From: Eledone cirrhosa | Lineage: Eukaryota | NCBI GenBank assembly: GCA_964016885.1 | Contig: OZ024743.1 | Span: forward strand, 149,482,001 to 149,546,000 | Direction: 5' to 3' | DNA: 64,000 nt | In this document: in pieces, positions 1 through 13,765 of the stretch | Layout: each line of letters starts with the position of its first letter | Numbering within the stretch: position 1 is the stretch's first letter | Program-made: the position numbers and the translations under genes | The notes under the pieces: model-generated | What the model was told of the DNA's origin: nothing | Seen by the model: the letters and a program-made list of their open reading frames with translations, nothing else | The model's database searches: none

Positions 1-877
1 TTCGTTGCTTAAACCATTTTGTTTGTTACCCTAACGTCCCCTTTATTTACGTGTCCCAACGACTTTTTTTAGCCGTTGTTCGCACCAACCTGAGGCATAT
101 GGCCCTTAAAGCGATGAAATGCCTGGGACGGTTGGAGGGTCACTGATGAAGGACTCACTTTTTCATATGCACCACCATTTGCAACGGGCAGCCATCATTA
201 TTATCATATTTACACATAATTTTTCTTCTGCTGCTACCCGTCCGTTTCGTCCTTTGTACCTTTTACCCTTTCTAGCAGTCTCTCTCTCTGTTAGCCTTCT
301 CCTCAACTTTCACTCACTCATTCTCTGTCACTACCTCTCCTCCTCCTCTTTCCTCCTCCTCCTTCAAGTTTGACCTGTGTGAAATTCTTTTCTCGCGCGT
401 CCTGGCCAAGCTGGTATGGAATTTTTTTTCTCTCTCTCTTTCGTCTGCGACTTCACAAAACTTATGTTTACCGAATTCGTAGACCAGACCCCTTCTTCTT
501 CTTCTTCTTCTTCTTCTTCTTCTTCTTCTCCCCCCCCCCCCCCCCCCGTTAGACTTGTGCGAAATTCCTTCCTTTCTCACATTTCAACCAGGTTTGATGG
601 TCTTTTGTCTCTTGTTCACGATTTCACCGAGTTTATATTCATAGAGATCTGGGACTTGTCTATTTCTTCTCACTTTCCGTTGCTTAAACCATTTTGTTTG
701 TTACCCTAACGTCCCCTTTATTTACGTGTCCCAACGACTTTTTTTAGCCGTTGTTCGCACCAACCCGAGGCATATGGCCCTTAAAGCGATGAAATGCCTG
801 GGACGGTTGGAGGGTCACTGATGAAGGACTCACTTTTTCATATGCACCACCATTTGCAACGGGCAGCCATCATTATT

Positions 878-880
<3 letters not shown>
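1..880 (+). repeat. Tandem repeat, period 675 bp, ending in (TA)n; probable Penelope-like pseudo-LTR or non-autonomous tandem unit
   Basis: 1-205 is nearly identical to 676-880. The unit has pyrimidine-rich tracts and a CTGATGA motif, and ends directly in (TA)n at 881. Its end is homologous to 56010-56125. Confidence 0.7.
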
Positions 881-925
<45 letters not shown>

Positions 926-2049
926 CAAACGCACGCACATATAAACACGCACGCGCGCACACACACACACACATATATATATGTATTTGTGAGTAAATAA
1001 TAATATTATTAATATATATATATATGCATGTGTATGTCTACATTTATACAATAAAATACGCTATTTATTATTTACATCCAATTTTACGTATTGACATATG
1101 TTAAATGGGTCTATTGTAGTCTTTTGCTATCAGATATACAAAATAGAGACAGTCAACAAACACATTTTTTCATAGTCTTTTAAAATTGGTTATCATCAAC
1201 AATTTTACAACATCTTATCTAGCCACTAACATTAAAAGTACTGTCTTATTGGACTAAGGTATCCCTCTACAGAGTATCAATTTTATTTTCACAACCACTG
1301 ATCTTCTAGATAGATTACATTTGCTGTGGTTTGTGGAGTTTTTGTCTTCTTTGTTTCATCTGCCATTTTTGGCATGGTTTTTATGACTATTGCCAATCAC
1401 TTTACAGTTTATAATGACTCCATTTTATTTGTCTAAAAGCAATAAACATGTTATCTGCAAGGTCTAAAAGGTCCATTCTACTCTATCAATTTTTATTTGG
1501 GGTTATTGCTATTCAAGTAAAGTTGCTTTGTCTATGCCCTGAGGTTCCATGACACCTGTGGAAGATTAGAGTTGATCACTTTTCATTTTCTGTTAGGTTT
1601 GTTGAGAAAGCTCACCTTCCTAGACATATTGCAACAGTTTAGATGCTATGTTTCTCCATAGTGTAGAAAGAATTTTACACTATGACTGAAAAGCCAAGGA
1701 ACTCATAATGATACTCTATCTGGGCATAAGAGTTACCACCACTATATTTTACCATCTTGAAAAGGAAGAGTTACTTTGGGTAATGTAATCATAAACATGC
1801 AATGCTCAAGAGAAGAAAAGTATGACCATGACAGAAATATCTTTGATCATAGATTCCTCTATCAGGGATGATCTGGAGCTATTAACAACAACATCACAAT
1901 CACCAATATTTCTACAATTACTCTTGCTACCATTACCACATATGTCATTGTTACCAGTAGTACCATTTTTATCATTATTACAATAAGAAATTCTCTGTTC
2001 AAATATAGAAGCTCAATCCCTCTTGAATTATACCCTGTACTGGATGCAT

Positions 2050-2345
2050 ATGCCATCCTGGAAATCACAAAAAGGCATCATACAGTATAGAAGAGAAAAC
2101 CACATTGAAAGTGTAGGGGCGAGAATGCATCCTTACTTCCATTGTTCATTATTGTGAAGGTTTCTGATTTGTCACCATCTGATTTGAAACCACTTAACAA
2201 CAGTTATGAACCTACCATGGCAACCAAGCTTTTCCATTATTTTCCTTAAGCCATCTCTGCAGATGATATCAATTGCTTTAGTCATATTGATGAATGTCAT
2301 GAATAGGTCATTGTGCTGTACCTGATATTTTCCCTGGAGTTGGCC
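2050..2345 (-). pseudogene. Old RTE-clade RT fragment
   Basis: Minus-strand translation QLQGKYQ..LFMTFINMTKAIDIICRDGLRKIMEKLGC..RFITVVK resembles the RT consensus QLQEK..L.F.DL.KAFD.V.R.GLW.I..K.GC. Confidence 0.7.
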
Positions 2346-3236
2346 TGCATATATGTGTGTGTGTGTGTAGACACACACTCACTCTCTTACATACACACAC
2401 ACATACACACATATACATATGTAGATATATATATATATTCAAGGCCACAGACCGCTCAGTTGCACCACATCATGATTTCATTCACTTCCACACTTTACAG
2501 CGTGCACTATGTGTGTTTTAATGTGGCACCATCATTAATGAGATTACTGTTTTTGACATAACTGAAGAGGCTTCTTGACCTCTTCTTTGGTAAGTTTTAT
2601 ACTGTTGGATACCTTTACTAACACCAACTGTGTTATAATGTGTACTAGATGTATTTTCCTTGGCACCATCCCTAGAGACGTTGTCGTTAACTATGCTGTT
2701 GGGGAATGATGACCTGTCTCAAGTGAAATATATTTAAGGGGAGGAAGGGAGAGTAAAATGGATGATAAGTATGATGTCAAAGGCGAGTGACTATAGTTGA
2801 GTGAGAAATAGGGATAAGTATGGTGTTGTAATATATGTAACAAATGTGGTAAGATTTAAGGGATGATGTGAGGGAGAAAAGTGCTGAAAAGTATATCATG
2901 GGGGTATGCTGTGGATTTGTGAGGATGATAAAAGAGAGCGAAGATGTGGTGGTGATCTTGGACAGAATGTCAGGTACAGTGATGATGAGTATAGATGCTA
3001 AAGGAACTATACCTGATGTGGATAGTAGAGTAGGAGTACAGTGATTGTGAGAATAGTTTCTAAGAAGTGATGATGCAGTAAAGAGAAGGACACTAGATAA
3101 GTAGAAAGGGAATATGTCAAGTATGATATTATTAATGTGTGACAAATGTGGTGGAATTTAAGAGCGTGATATGAAAGAAAAAGAAAGAGGATCATGATCC
3201 TGAACAGAATGGTGAGGAGTACATTAATGGTGAGTA

Positions 3237-5483
3237 TCATCATCATCACCGTTTTACGTCCGTTCTTCCACGTTAGCATGAGTTAGATGGGTTGTCATTT
3301 TGTGGGCAGTGTCCGGTCTGCTGACCATGTCTTGCTCATACGGAACCTATTTTGGCTTGATTTCTACAGCTGGATGCCCTTCGTAGCACCAACCTCATTT
3401 ACTGTGAGTGTTGGGTGCCTTTTTCCATGGCGCCTGCACTTCCACTTTACAGTGTGGGCTGAGTGCTTTTTTTGCCATGCCACATCCACGACCACTTAGT
3501 AGTGGGGTGGAGAGCATATTGTCTATATGCTTCAGCTTCAGCTTGTACCTGTGGGAAGTCGGGTCTTCTGTATTACTGCGTGACGCCAGAGGTCACGGTC
3601 CTGTGTCATCGCCTTTGAGAGGTGCAATTGGGAAAGGCCGGCTTTTATCACCTCATCCCAGATCTTCTTGGGTCTCCCCATCCCACGGTTCCATCGACTT
3701 CTAGTGCTCTGCACATTTTTATGCAACTGTCATCCTTCAGACGCATCACATTTCCATACCAACGCAACCTCCTCTCCTGCACAGAGCATTTGATTCCTCT
3801 GATGCCCAGTCTCTCTCTCAATTCATTTATGCTTTGCCGTTCGCGTATATTGCAATTACACATCCTTCGGAACATGCAAGCTTCATTTCTTTCTAATCTG
3901 CACAAGTCTTCTACGCACAGCGCCCAGGTCTCACTACCATGTAGCATTGCTGTTCGTATGCACGCATCATACTGTTTGCCTTTCATTTTGAAGGAAATGC
4001 CTTTTGCAGCTAGCAGTGGCAGTAGCTCTCTGAACTTCTTCCACCCCGTTCTTACCCTGGTTTCTGTACTTTCCAAACACCCACCTCCACTATTAATTCG
4101 GTCACCTAGGTAGCAAAAGCTGTCTACTGTTTCTACAGAGCCCTCCAAGAGTTTTGTGGTGCTTGTTTCCTGTGACCGTTTGTTGCTTGCTGTCCTGGCG
4201 CAACTGCTACATGTAAAGCCTACATTCTTAGCTAAGCTTCCTGAGATCCCACTACATCTCTTGTGTACCCATTGTTTGCATTTGGGGCAGGGGATGGAGT
4301 TCCTACCTACACCTTTAGTACATACTGAGCAAGGCCATTTCCCTGAGGGGATCTGGGTTCTGTTTTCTTGTCTACTTACGAGAACCTTAGTCTTTATTAG
4401 GTTGACTTTGAGACCCTTTCTTTCTAGTCCCTGCTTCCATGTTTGGAATTTCTTCTCTAGTTCCACCATAGATTCAGCTATAAGTGTGAGATCATCCGCA
4501 TATAGGAGTTCCCATGGGCATCCGTCATAAACACCTCTGTTATTGCCTGCAATACTATAATGAACAGAAGAGGGCTAAGGACAGAGGCCTGGTGGATACC
4601 GACCTGTATGCTAAATTCTTCGTTATAGCCCTTGCTAACCCTAACTTTGCTGACTGCTCCTCTATACATTGCTTGTACAGCTTTCACAAGCCATTTATCT
4701 ACTCCTAGTTTTCTAAGAGCCCACCAGATTATAGCACGGGGCACTCCAGATCGACAAATGACAGGTAGAGTGGATTACTTTTAACTAGGTACTTTTCCTG
4801 TAACTGCTTCACAAGAAAGAGGGCATCAGTGGTGCCTTTTCCTGGCACAAACCCAAGTTGCATCTCATCTAGTTTTACCCAGTCCCTAATCAACTGGGCT
4901 ATAACTCATTCCGTTATTTTCATGACCTGGTCCATCAGCTTTATACCTCTATAGTTTCCACTATCTAGTGCATCACCTGCTGCTGTACTAATCCTTTGGT
5001 ATAACACCCTCTAGTATTACCTGGTTAACAATACGTGTGGTTATGGTGTGACCTACCGACCCAGATGCTTTCAGCATCTTGGCAGCTATACCTGATGGAC
5101 CGGTTGCCTTCCCAGTCTTCTTATCTTTAATTGCCTTACTTACTACACTGCTGCTGACTTACACTGCTGGCCCTTCTATAGGGTCCATTTGGGGTGGAGT
5201 CTCTTTCTCCCATGCATTCTCCTCATTTAGTAATCTTTCATATTGGGTTGTCGCACTGATTTTTGCCTACAAGAACTCTCCATCTAGTCTCTTGCACACA
5301 GTATACATTAATTTCCTTTCGCTCTAGCATCTCTTCGATTTCTCCTGCTCTTCCTTTCATTGTGCTTACATTGATGGTTCCAACTCGGAGTTTTGGGAGA
5401 GGGTGAATTTTTGCGGGGGAGTGCGTATGCTACCTGTCGCTGAATTAAAGCTTCACATGGGTGCTTGGTAACTCACGGATTCC
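3237..5483 (-). mobile_element. RTE LINE, internally deleted and frameshifted
   Basis: (CAT)n tail at ~3237. RT pieces in ORFs 3648-4469 and 4478-4744 (LSPLLFIIVLQ, ERRLRWYG). The EN N-terminus LRVGTINVSTMKGRAGEIEEMLERKEINVYCVQETRW reads at ~5280-5390. Confidence 0.9.
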
Positions 5484-5519
5484 TATTCATTTATTAATTT
5501 GTGGTTTTCCTTTTATCCT

Positions 5520-6300
5520 CAGTTCATCCATAGATAACAGTAAAGGAATTCTTTGGTGCAGGGCTAGAAGGACAGTAGTAGTAATGGCAGAGATTTTTGG
5601 GGCTGCTGGTAAGGGCTAGAAGAACAGTATTAGTAGTAGTAGCAATGACAGAGTTTGTTGGGGCTGATAATGGGTGGGGACATGTTGCTAAGGTTTGATT
5701 GGTCGAATAGATTATGGTGGTGTGAGGGGGTGGGTGGTAGGGAATTGTGATATAGATAGCCATCGTAACATCGTAAACCTCAAAATGAAATATGTAGTAA
5801 TCCATTTTGCTTTTCAGCAATCAAAAGTCTGTCTGGCTTCGTAAACCTTGAAATGAATGAATGAGAAAGAAGGGAGGTAAGGGATAGGGTATGAATTTCG
5901 TTGAGAGAGAGGGAGGGGGGGGGGGGCGATATAATAACCAACGTGATTTCCTTCGAAAAACAAAGTCGAAGTATATATACGTTGTTGGAAGCAAACGAAA
6001 TGATAATAGCAACAATGATAATAATGTGAACAAGGCATTTGAAATTCGGAAAGAGGGGTACCTGTAGGGAAAATAACGTATGGATGTCTGGGATATAGGA
6101 TGGAATATTTTATATGTATATATATATATATAAATAAATACATTATCGGAGGAAGCTTTTAGCGATACTCCGGCCAAATCCCAACTCACTCAACAAACAT
6201 TAGGAAATAAGTGAGTATATTCCTAATTAAGCTTTCGGGGTGCTAACCAATTGTATTGTGTGGAAGATTGGCTGTATTATTTCATATGAGATATATCAAA
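5520..6300 (-). mobile_element. Possible decayed Penelope-like fragment
   Basis: RRKSRWLLYRPP weakly resembles the RR.IIWFNPP motif that follows PLE RT; AT-rich context with a short (TA)n tract. Confidence 0.25.
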
Positions 6301-6322
6301 TATATCTCTTCCCAGATGGACG

Positions 6323-7360
6323 TCTCACACAAGAGATGTAGTGGGATCTCAGGAAGTTTAACTAAGAATGTAGGCTTCATATGTAGCAGCTGCGCCGGGT
6401 CAGCAAGTAGCAAACGACCACAGGAAACAAGTACCACCAAACTCTGGGAGGGCTCTGTAGAAACAGTAGACAGCTTCTGCTACCTAGGTGACCGAATTAG
6501 CAGTGGAGGTGGGCGCACGGAAAATACAATAACTAGGGTAAGAACAGGATGGAAGAAGTTCAGGGAGCTACTGCCGCTGCTAGCTGCAAAAGGCTTTTCC
6601 CTCAATATGAAAGGCAGCTGTATGATGCATGTATACGAACAGCAATGTTACTGGACGCTGTCTGTAGAAGACTTGCGCAGATTAGAAAGAAACGAAGCTT
6701 GCATGCTCCGATGGATGTGTAATAGTAACATACGCGAACGGCTAAGTATAAACAAATTGAGAGAGAGACTGAGCATCAGAGGAATCAAATGCTGTGGGCA
6801 GGAGAGGAGGTTACATTGGTATGGACATGTGATGCGTATGAAGGATGACAGCTGCATAAAAAGGTGCAGGACACTAGAAGTCAATGAAAGCCGCGGGGTG
6901 GGGAGACCCAAGAAGACCTGGGATGAGGTGATAAAGGCCGACCTTACCCAATTGCACCTCTCAAGAGTAATGACACACGACCATTACCTCTGGCGTCACG
7001 CAGTAACACAGAAGACCCGGCCGTCCCACAGGAACAAGCCGAAGCTGAAGCATATAGACAATATGCCCCCACATCCTCCCACTGCAAAGTGGTCATGGAG
7101 GCGCCACGACAAAAAAGCACCCAGCCCACACTGTAAAGTGGACGTGTAGGCGCCACGGAAAAAAAGCACCCAGCACTCACTGTAAATGAGGTTGGTGTTA
7201 GGAAGGGCATCAAGCTCTAGAGATCAAGCCAGAATCAGTTCCTGTATGAGCCAGACAAGGTCAGCCGACTGGACACTTCTCACAACAGGACAACTCGTCT
7301 AACCCATGCTAGCATGGAAGAACAGGCGTAAAACGATGATGATGATGATGATGATGATAT
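6323..7360 (+). mobile_element. 5'-truncated RTE LINE
   Basis: ORF 6256-7149 carries HKRCSGISG..VDSFCYLGD..RVRTGWKKFRELLPLL..RRLHWYGHVMRM, followed by the 3' UTR and a (GAT)n tail. Confidence 0.92.
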
Positions 7361-7361
7361 A

Positions 7362-7580
7362 GGGTAAAGGGAAAAGACCCCCTTCAGTCAAAAACGACCA
7401 TGGGATTTGCGCCTAGAAAGCTCTCCTCTGTGGTGCAAGTCCGAGCAAGGTTGTTTGTGGATGGCCAGCGGTCCTCCATTCATACCAGCCTCATATGCAC
7501 ACCAGCCTCCCATGCATACCAGCATCCCATGCCACCAATGTTGTCCAAGGCAAAGGCTAAGGCCGATACAACTTGGCACT
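7362..7580 (-). mobile_element. Probable SINE/LINE 3' fragment
   Basis: The minus strand ends ...GGGGTCTTTTCCCTTTACC, a CCTTTA-type tail; GC-richer than the flanks. Confidence 0.4.
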
Positions 7581-8282
7581 AGTAGAAACAAGGCCCAAAT
7601 AGGTTCTGTATGAGCAAGACAGGGTCACAATAGGATAATTCATCTAATCCATGACAGCATGGAAACATGGACGTCAAATAGTGATGAGGATGATGATGAT
7701 AATACATATACATACATAAATACATACACACATATATATATATATAATGTTGACATATGGCATACAATTCCTGACTAAAAAAATAAAAAAGATTCAATGT
7801 TATTGCCACCATTATTGATGGCACGGGCCCACTAGTTATTTTATAGTTCATCTGTTAGCAGTAGTGATTGTAGTAATGGTGGTGGTATGGTGATGGTGGT
7901 CGTGGTAGTGGTCGTGGGATATTCCAGAAGAGAATGGAATGGGAGTCTAATAATAAAAGGGAAATTGTTGAGGAATGATTTACTGAAGAGAAATTCAAAT
8001 GCTAAAATGACAGCATGAAGTTAATTTGAATAAAACTGGAATGGTTTTCAAAAACAATGGGTAGCAATGCAAGATAGTGAGAGATAGAGATTGACATAAA
8101 TGGATAGAAAGAGAGAGAGAGAGATGAAGAGGGGATGCAAGGAAAAACGAAAAATTCTTTAAGTAGGAAAGAATAAGCAATTGTATATTGCCCACAGGTT
8201 AACTTGGAAATTTTAAGACATTGAAGCTTCTTCTGTTTTAAGTAATCTGAAATTTATGTTACATTTCATATTTAAATGAATG

Positions 8283-8287
8283 ATATA

Positions 8288-8374
<87 letters not shown>

Positions 8375-8378
8375 ATAT

Positions 8379-8466
<88 letters not shown>

Positions 8467-8520
8467 TATATATGTATATATATATATATGTATATATATA
8501 TGTATATATATATGTATATA

Positions 8521-8573
<53 letters not shown>

Positions 8574-8702
8574 TATATATATATACACACACATATATAC
8601 ATATATATATATACATATATACATATATACATATATTTATATATATATGTATACATACATATATATATACAGACACACATACACACACACATGTATATAT
8701 AT

Positions 8703-8762
<60 letters not shown>

Positions 8763-9033
8763 GTATATACATACTCTAAACATGCACAGTATAGCACATA
8801 TACACAAGCACACCCAAACATGCAAATAGTTTCAAATATACATTTGCATATTCATATAGATTTGAGTGTATGTTAATAAACATGTTGATATCTATATGTG
8901 TACTTGTATGTATGTATGGATGTATGCATGGATGTATGTATGTATGTAAGTGTGTGTGTGTATGTATGAATGTGTGCATGTATGTATCTATGTATGCATG
9001 TATGTATATGCGCATGTATATAAATAATGTTTG

Positions 9034-9064
<31 letters not shown>

Positions 9065-9115
9065 ATATATACATACATACACACACACACATATAAATGA
9101 TTTGTGCACACACAC
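8283..9115. repeat. Compound (TA)n/(TG)n/(TATG)n microsatellite
   Basis: Directly visible; source of the spurious YIYI ORFs. Confidence 0.97.
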
Positions 9116-9749
9116 AATCATATAGAACTTACAAACAAAGATTAGAGCATTCAATACATATAGTAGAGTATAAATTATGTATGGATAAATCTTGTTACAT
9201 CTGCCAGGTGAAAGAAAAATGACATGTTAAAGCAGTTAAAGCACATATCAGAAAATAGCCTAGAAGAGGATTAAATAAAGCTATATGATAGTTGTCTTTG
9301 TAAAGTATAGAGCCATTTTATGATCAAAATAAATACCATATTTCCCAGCATCGAAGACGCTACTTTTTTCCTAAAATAAATCTGAAAAATCTACCATATA
9401 TCCTGGAGGCTGAAGGTTGTTTATTATTTTTTTTTCAAATTTTTGGCTGTCAAAATTAGCGTCTTCAGCGCCGAGAAATACGATAAGTCAAGTATTTGTC
9501 AAAAAAGGGCCAGGGTCTCTCATAGTAAAATTTGGAATTTTTAAAGAATCAAAGTTAATATTTTATAATGCACACACACACACACAAATGATAATGTTCC
9601 TGTTTAAGATGGAGAGAAGCATATTTAATGGCAAAAGGTTCTATACATGAAGGAGAGGTGATATATTTCCATGTAATAAAGTGGTCAATAAAATAAATAA
9701 CAAACTTTATAAAAGGAATCTGTGAGTGAATAATAATAATAATAATTTG

Positions 9750-10272
9750 ATGGTGGATTGGTGGTATTGGTCGAGGGTTGGACGCCATGCTTTGCAGCAA
9801 AGAGTTACGGCCCTTTATTGTCCGAGTTCAAATCCCGCCAGAGTTAACTTTGTCTCTCATGGTTAGAGCATTGGCCTTGCAATCGAAAGGTTGTGAGTTC
9901 AAATCTCAGACTGGGTAATGTATTGTTTCTTTGAGCAAGACACTTTATTTCACATTGCTCCAGTTTACTCAGCTGTAGAAATGAGATGATAGGGACTGGG
10001 GTCCCTATCATTCCACTGCAAAGTGGTCGTGGAGGTGCCACAGCAAAAAAGCACCCAGCACTCACTGTAAATGAGGTTGGTGTTAGGAAGGGCATCCAGC
10101 TGTAGAAATCAAGCCAGAATCAGATCCCGTCCCACCCTTGCAAGCAGGGAAAAGCGGACGTAAAATGATGATGATGATGATGATGATTTCATCCTTACGG
10201 GATCGATAAAATAAAGTACCAGTAATGCACAGGGATAATTGCTGGTCTTGTGCCAAAAGTAGAAATAATTAT
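9750..10272 (+). mobile_element. Family B SINE (GGTGGATTGG..GAGTTCAAATCCC..CATCCTTACGGGGTCGATAAAATAAAGTACCAG) interrupted by a family A SINE at ~9858-10187
   Basis: B-box GTTCAAATCC is present. The B consensus breaks at ~9858 and resumes at TTCATCCTTACGG (~10188). The insert is a tRNA head plus RTE tail plus (GAT)n. Confidence 0.85.
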
Positions 10273-10827
10273 TAATATTCGATTTGTTTGCAACAAGCAA
10301 ACAGCCTCATAACACCATGTGTGTGACCATGTCATCCTTTTGTTCCAGTGTTAGCAGAGAGAAAACAGTCGACAATTGCTTCAGAGTTGTTGCTCCTTAT
10401 CGAAACTGTGTATTCTCATCCCATGTTAGAGTGAAATCAAATTTTGTTTTTATAGAAGTTATTGTGTTGATATGACTGACTAAATCGCTTTAAGGTCATG
10501 CCGAGTATGCCTGCAATCTAGTGGCTAGAACTAGTATAATGACTCTTAGAAGCTAGTTTTGTACCCTTCCTTAAAAATTCCTATGAGACACTCAGATGAA
10601 TTATTAGAGAAAAAAACAAAACTAGTCCTCGTTGAGATATGTAATAGCCGTAATACCTGACACTGTCTGAGGTTATGATGACGAGGTCATTGAAGAAATT
10701 CTTGTGAAAGAATAATAGCAATTCTGCATGAATATATTATTTGAAACGCAATACAAATGTTCAGTGTGGATGAGGGTGGGTTTGGGTAGTGTGTGCAGTT
10801 TTCTGTGTGTGCACTATATATATATAT

Positions 10828-11745
10828 ATCATCATCACCATTTAACGTCCATTTTTCCATGCTACCATGGGTTAGACTGGTTGTCCTATTGTGAACAATG
10901 TCATATCAGGTGACCATATCTTGCTCATACAGAAATGATTTTGGTCTGGTTTTTACAGCTTGTTGCCCTTCCTAAGACCAACCACATTTACAGAGAGTAC
11001 TGGGTGATTTTTGTTGTGACACTTACACAACCGCTTTACTATGTGGGCTGGGTGCTTTTTGTTGTGACACCTACACACCAACTTTACAGTGTGGACAGCA
11101 TGCTTTTTGCCGTGTCACCATCACGACCATTTTACAGTGTGGGTTGGAGGCTTCACTAGATGCATGCTTCAGCCTGTCCTCATGTGTGATGTATTGGATT
11201 GGAGAGAGGAGTGGGTTGGAGGAGGGGTGGTGCGCACTATATATATGCTTCAGCTTCAGCCTGTGCCCTTGGGAAGGCAGGTGTTCAGTATTATTGCATA
11301 ACGTCAGAGATCTCAGTCCTGTGTCATCTTCTTTGAGAGGTGCAATTGAGCCAGGTCAGCTTCTATCACCTCATGCCTACTCTTCCTGGGTCTCCCCACT
11401 CCAAGGCTTCCATCAACTTTGAGTGCTCTGCACCTTTTTATACAGCTGTCATCCTTCATGTGCATCACATCTCCATTCCAATGCAATCTACTCTCCTGCA
11501 CACTGCACCTGATTCCTCTCAGTTCGTCATGCTTTGCCATTCACAATTATTACTATTTCACATCCATCGGAGCATGCAAGTTTTGTTTCTTTCCAATCTA
11601 GGCAACTCTTCTAGACACATCACCCAGGTCTCACTACCATGCAACATTGCTGTTTGTATGCACATATCATACAGTCTGCCTTTCATTTTGAGGGAAAAGC
11701 ATTTTGTAACTGGAAGTGGTAGTAGCTCCCTGAACTTCTTCCATC
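10828..11745 (-). mobile_element. 5'-truncated RTE LINE, older copy
   Basis: GIRCSVQESRLHWNGDVMHMKDDSCIKRC..GRPRK; (CAT)n tail at ~10829. Confidence 0.88.
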
Positions 11746-13765
11746 ATATATATATATACACATATATACAGAAAGAGAGAGAGACAAAAAGATAGACAGT
11801 GCTATGGAGGAAGAAACATATTTATTTGTTCAGGCAAACTTTCGTTCTACATATATAGTTACACACATGCAAACACACAGACACACACTCAAACACACAC
11901 ACACAAACTTATAACCTTACAGCTATTGAAAGAAAAACATTTTTCGATATTTGCTTTATTGAAAATACGAATGTAAGTTTATCAAGATTCATTTATTTTG
12001 TTTATTTGTCATTGAATCAAGTGAAAAATGCAAACTTCTTGTAAGTATTTAAAAAACTCTTCTGACAACAATGACTATAATGTACATAGAAGAAAAACTG
12101 AATATCTTTACATGGGTGATAATTCTTTTATTTTTTACTGGTTTCAGTCATTAGACTGGGGCTTTGCTGGAGCACTGCCTTGGGTGATACCCATTGGATA
12201 CTGAAACCTGATATTTCTTAAAATGTCTATTCTATTTTCTTTCTTTATCTTTGCTACCTTAGTGAAACCAAGGTCAACTTTGCCTTTCATCCTTTTGAGG
12301 TGGATAAATAAAGCACAAGCCCATTACTGAAGTTGACTCTTCCTTTTCCCCATCCCATATCTCTCTCCTTGTATATGAAATCATTATTGTATTTTTATGA
12401 AACTCAATTTGAATCATTTTTTAATTGCTGGGATTTTGAGTGAATTAATATTCACGGACCAACTAAAGAAATCCAAGATCTTTTTAAAGCAAATTATCCA
12501 AGATATATTGAATTCAGAGGTATTAAAACCTGGTCAAGCCTAGTTAACATTCAATATGTTCAATGTTTTATCTTAGAAATATATGAACATTGATACAATA
12601 AAAATAAATCTTACAAACATTTTCCATCACAAATGTTTTTTCATGGAAACATATTTTAACCATCAAAAAAGATAAAATAAAATAAACTTTTGAATGTTTA
12701 ATTCACATTTCACTTATTTCATGCAGTAGAATATAAGACCACAAAATAAATGTAAAGTAAATATAACAGTTTTCATGTTTATTCTTTAGTTGTTTTTTTT
12801 TTTGATGGTTGAATGTTTTTTTTCCACAACATATTTACTTTGGTTCCAATACAGACTTAAACCAAGTCACTTGTCAAACAATTACAACTCTGAAATTAGT
12901 AAATTAAAAGTAAATTACAGATGATATTATTTTAGAAGAAATTGACCATGTTGCAGCCTGGAGAGAGATAGGCTCCTTGACAATTCAAACACGCAAGACA
13001 TTGTAAAGACGACAACTCTACAAATTTATCAAGAATTAAGAAGCAGTTCACACTCACCTATTAGTCAAAGGCATGTGAAATTAGTATTTCAGTTTTGGTA
13101 TTTGAATTGATAAGTCATGTGTTCATAACTAGTCATTAGTAGCGTGTTTCATCTTGGATATTGTTTCCCAAAATGGGTTCTGTGAAAACATTATCGATTC
13201 TATGGCCTTTCAATAAAAATTAATGAACATTTATTGTATGTTTGTTGTTGTTTTTTGTGGGGTGGGGCATAGTTATGTGACTACATTTTCCTTCTGAAAC
13301 AACTTTTATTTCATTTAATAGTGAGTGTTGTCTGTAAAATATAGGCTCTGGTCTTTCATTTTTGAGTGTTGTCTGTAAAATATAGGCTCTGGTCTTTCAT
13401 TTTTGAAATCTTATAAGGATTCTTGTGACAAAATAAGTTTTAAAACAAATGATCTGGCACAAAGAACATGCACTGCCTTGTTTTCCTTGCAGTAGAGAGG
13501 GTAAGAAATGAAGAAAAAGTGTTGTGATGCTGCACTATAAACTGAGATCTAATATAGGCAACAAGCATGTATTATAGAGAAGGATTAGTTGATTTATTTG
13601 AATTCAGTGCCAGGCTATGGAAGAATGGAAGGTCAAGTTAATTTCAGAAAAATATGAACTTAAAACATGAAGGGAGATAACTAACTTCAACCAGCCACTT
13701 ATTTCTGCCAGTTTACCACTTGGAGCTGTACTGTAAATTGGGATGTTAATTAATGCTTTATAATA

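Noticed and set aside
110-152. Canonical hammerhead or SECIS at GATGAAAT..CTGATGA
   Set aside because: No stem I and no downstream GAAA; no apical AA and poor helix for a SECIS. Kept only as an unresolved motif.
3622-4530. Plus-strand ORFs over the RTE (similar ones at 27-29 kb and 50-54 kb)
   Set aside because: Antisense shadows of LINE ORFs.
8213-9154. Long [12 protein letters not shown] ORFs (also at 14.6, 22, 35 and 59.8 kb)
   Set aside because: Translations of (TA)n/(TG)n microsatellites, which lack stop codons.
13322-13405. 42-bp tandem duplication
   Set aside because: Ordinary slippage duplication.
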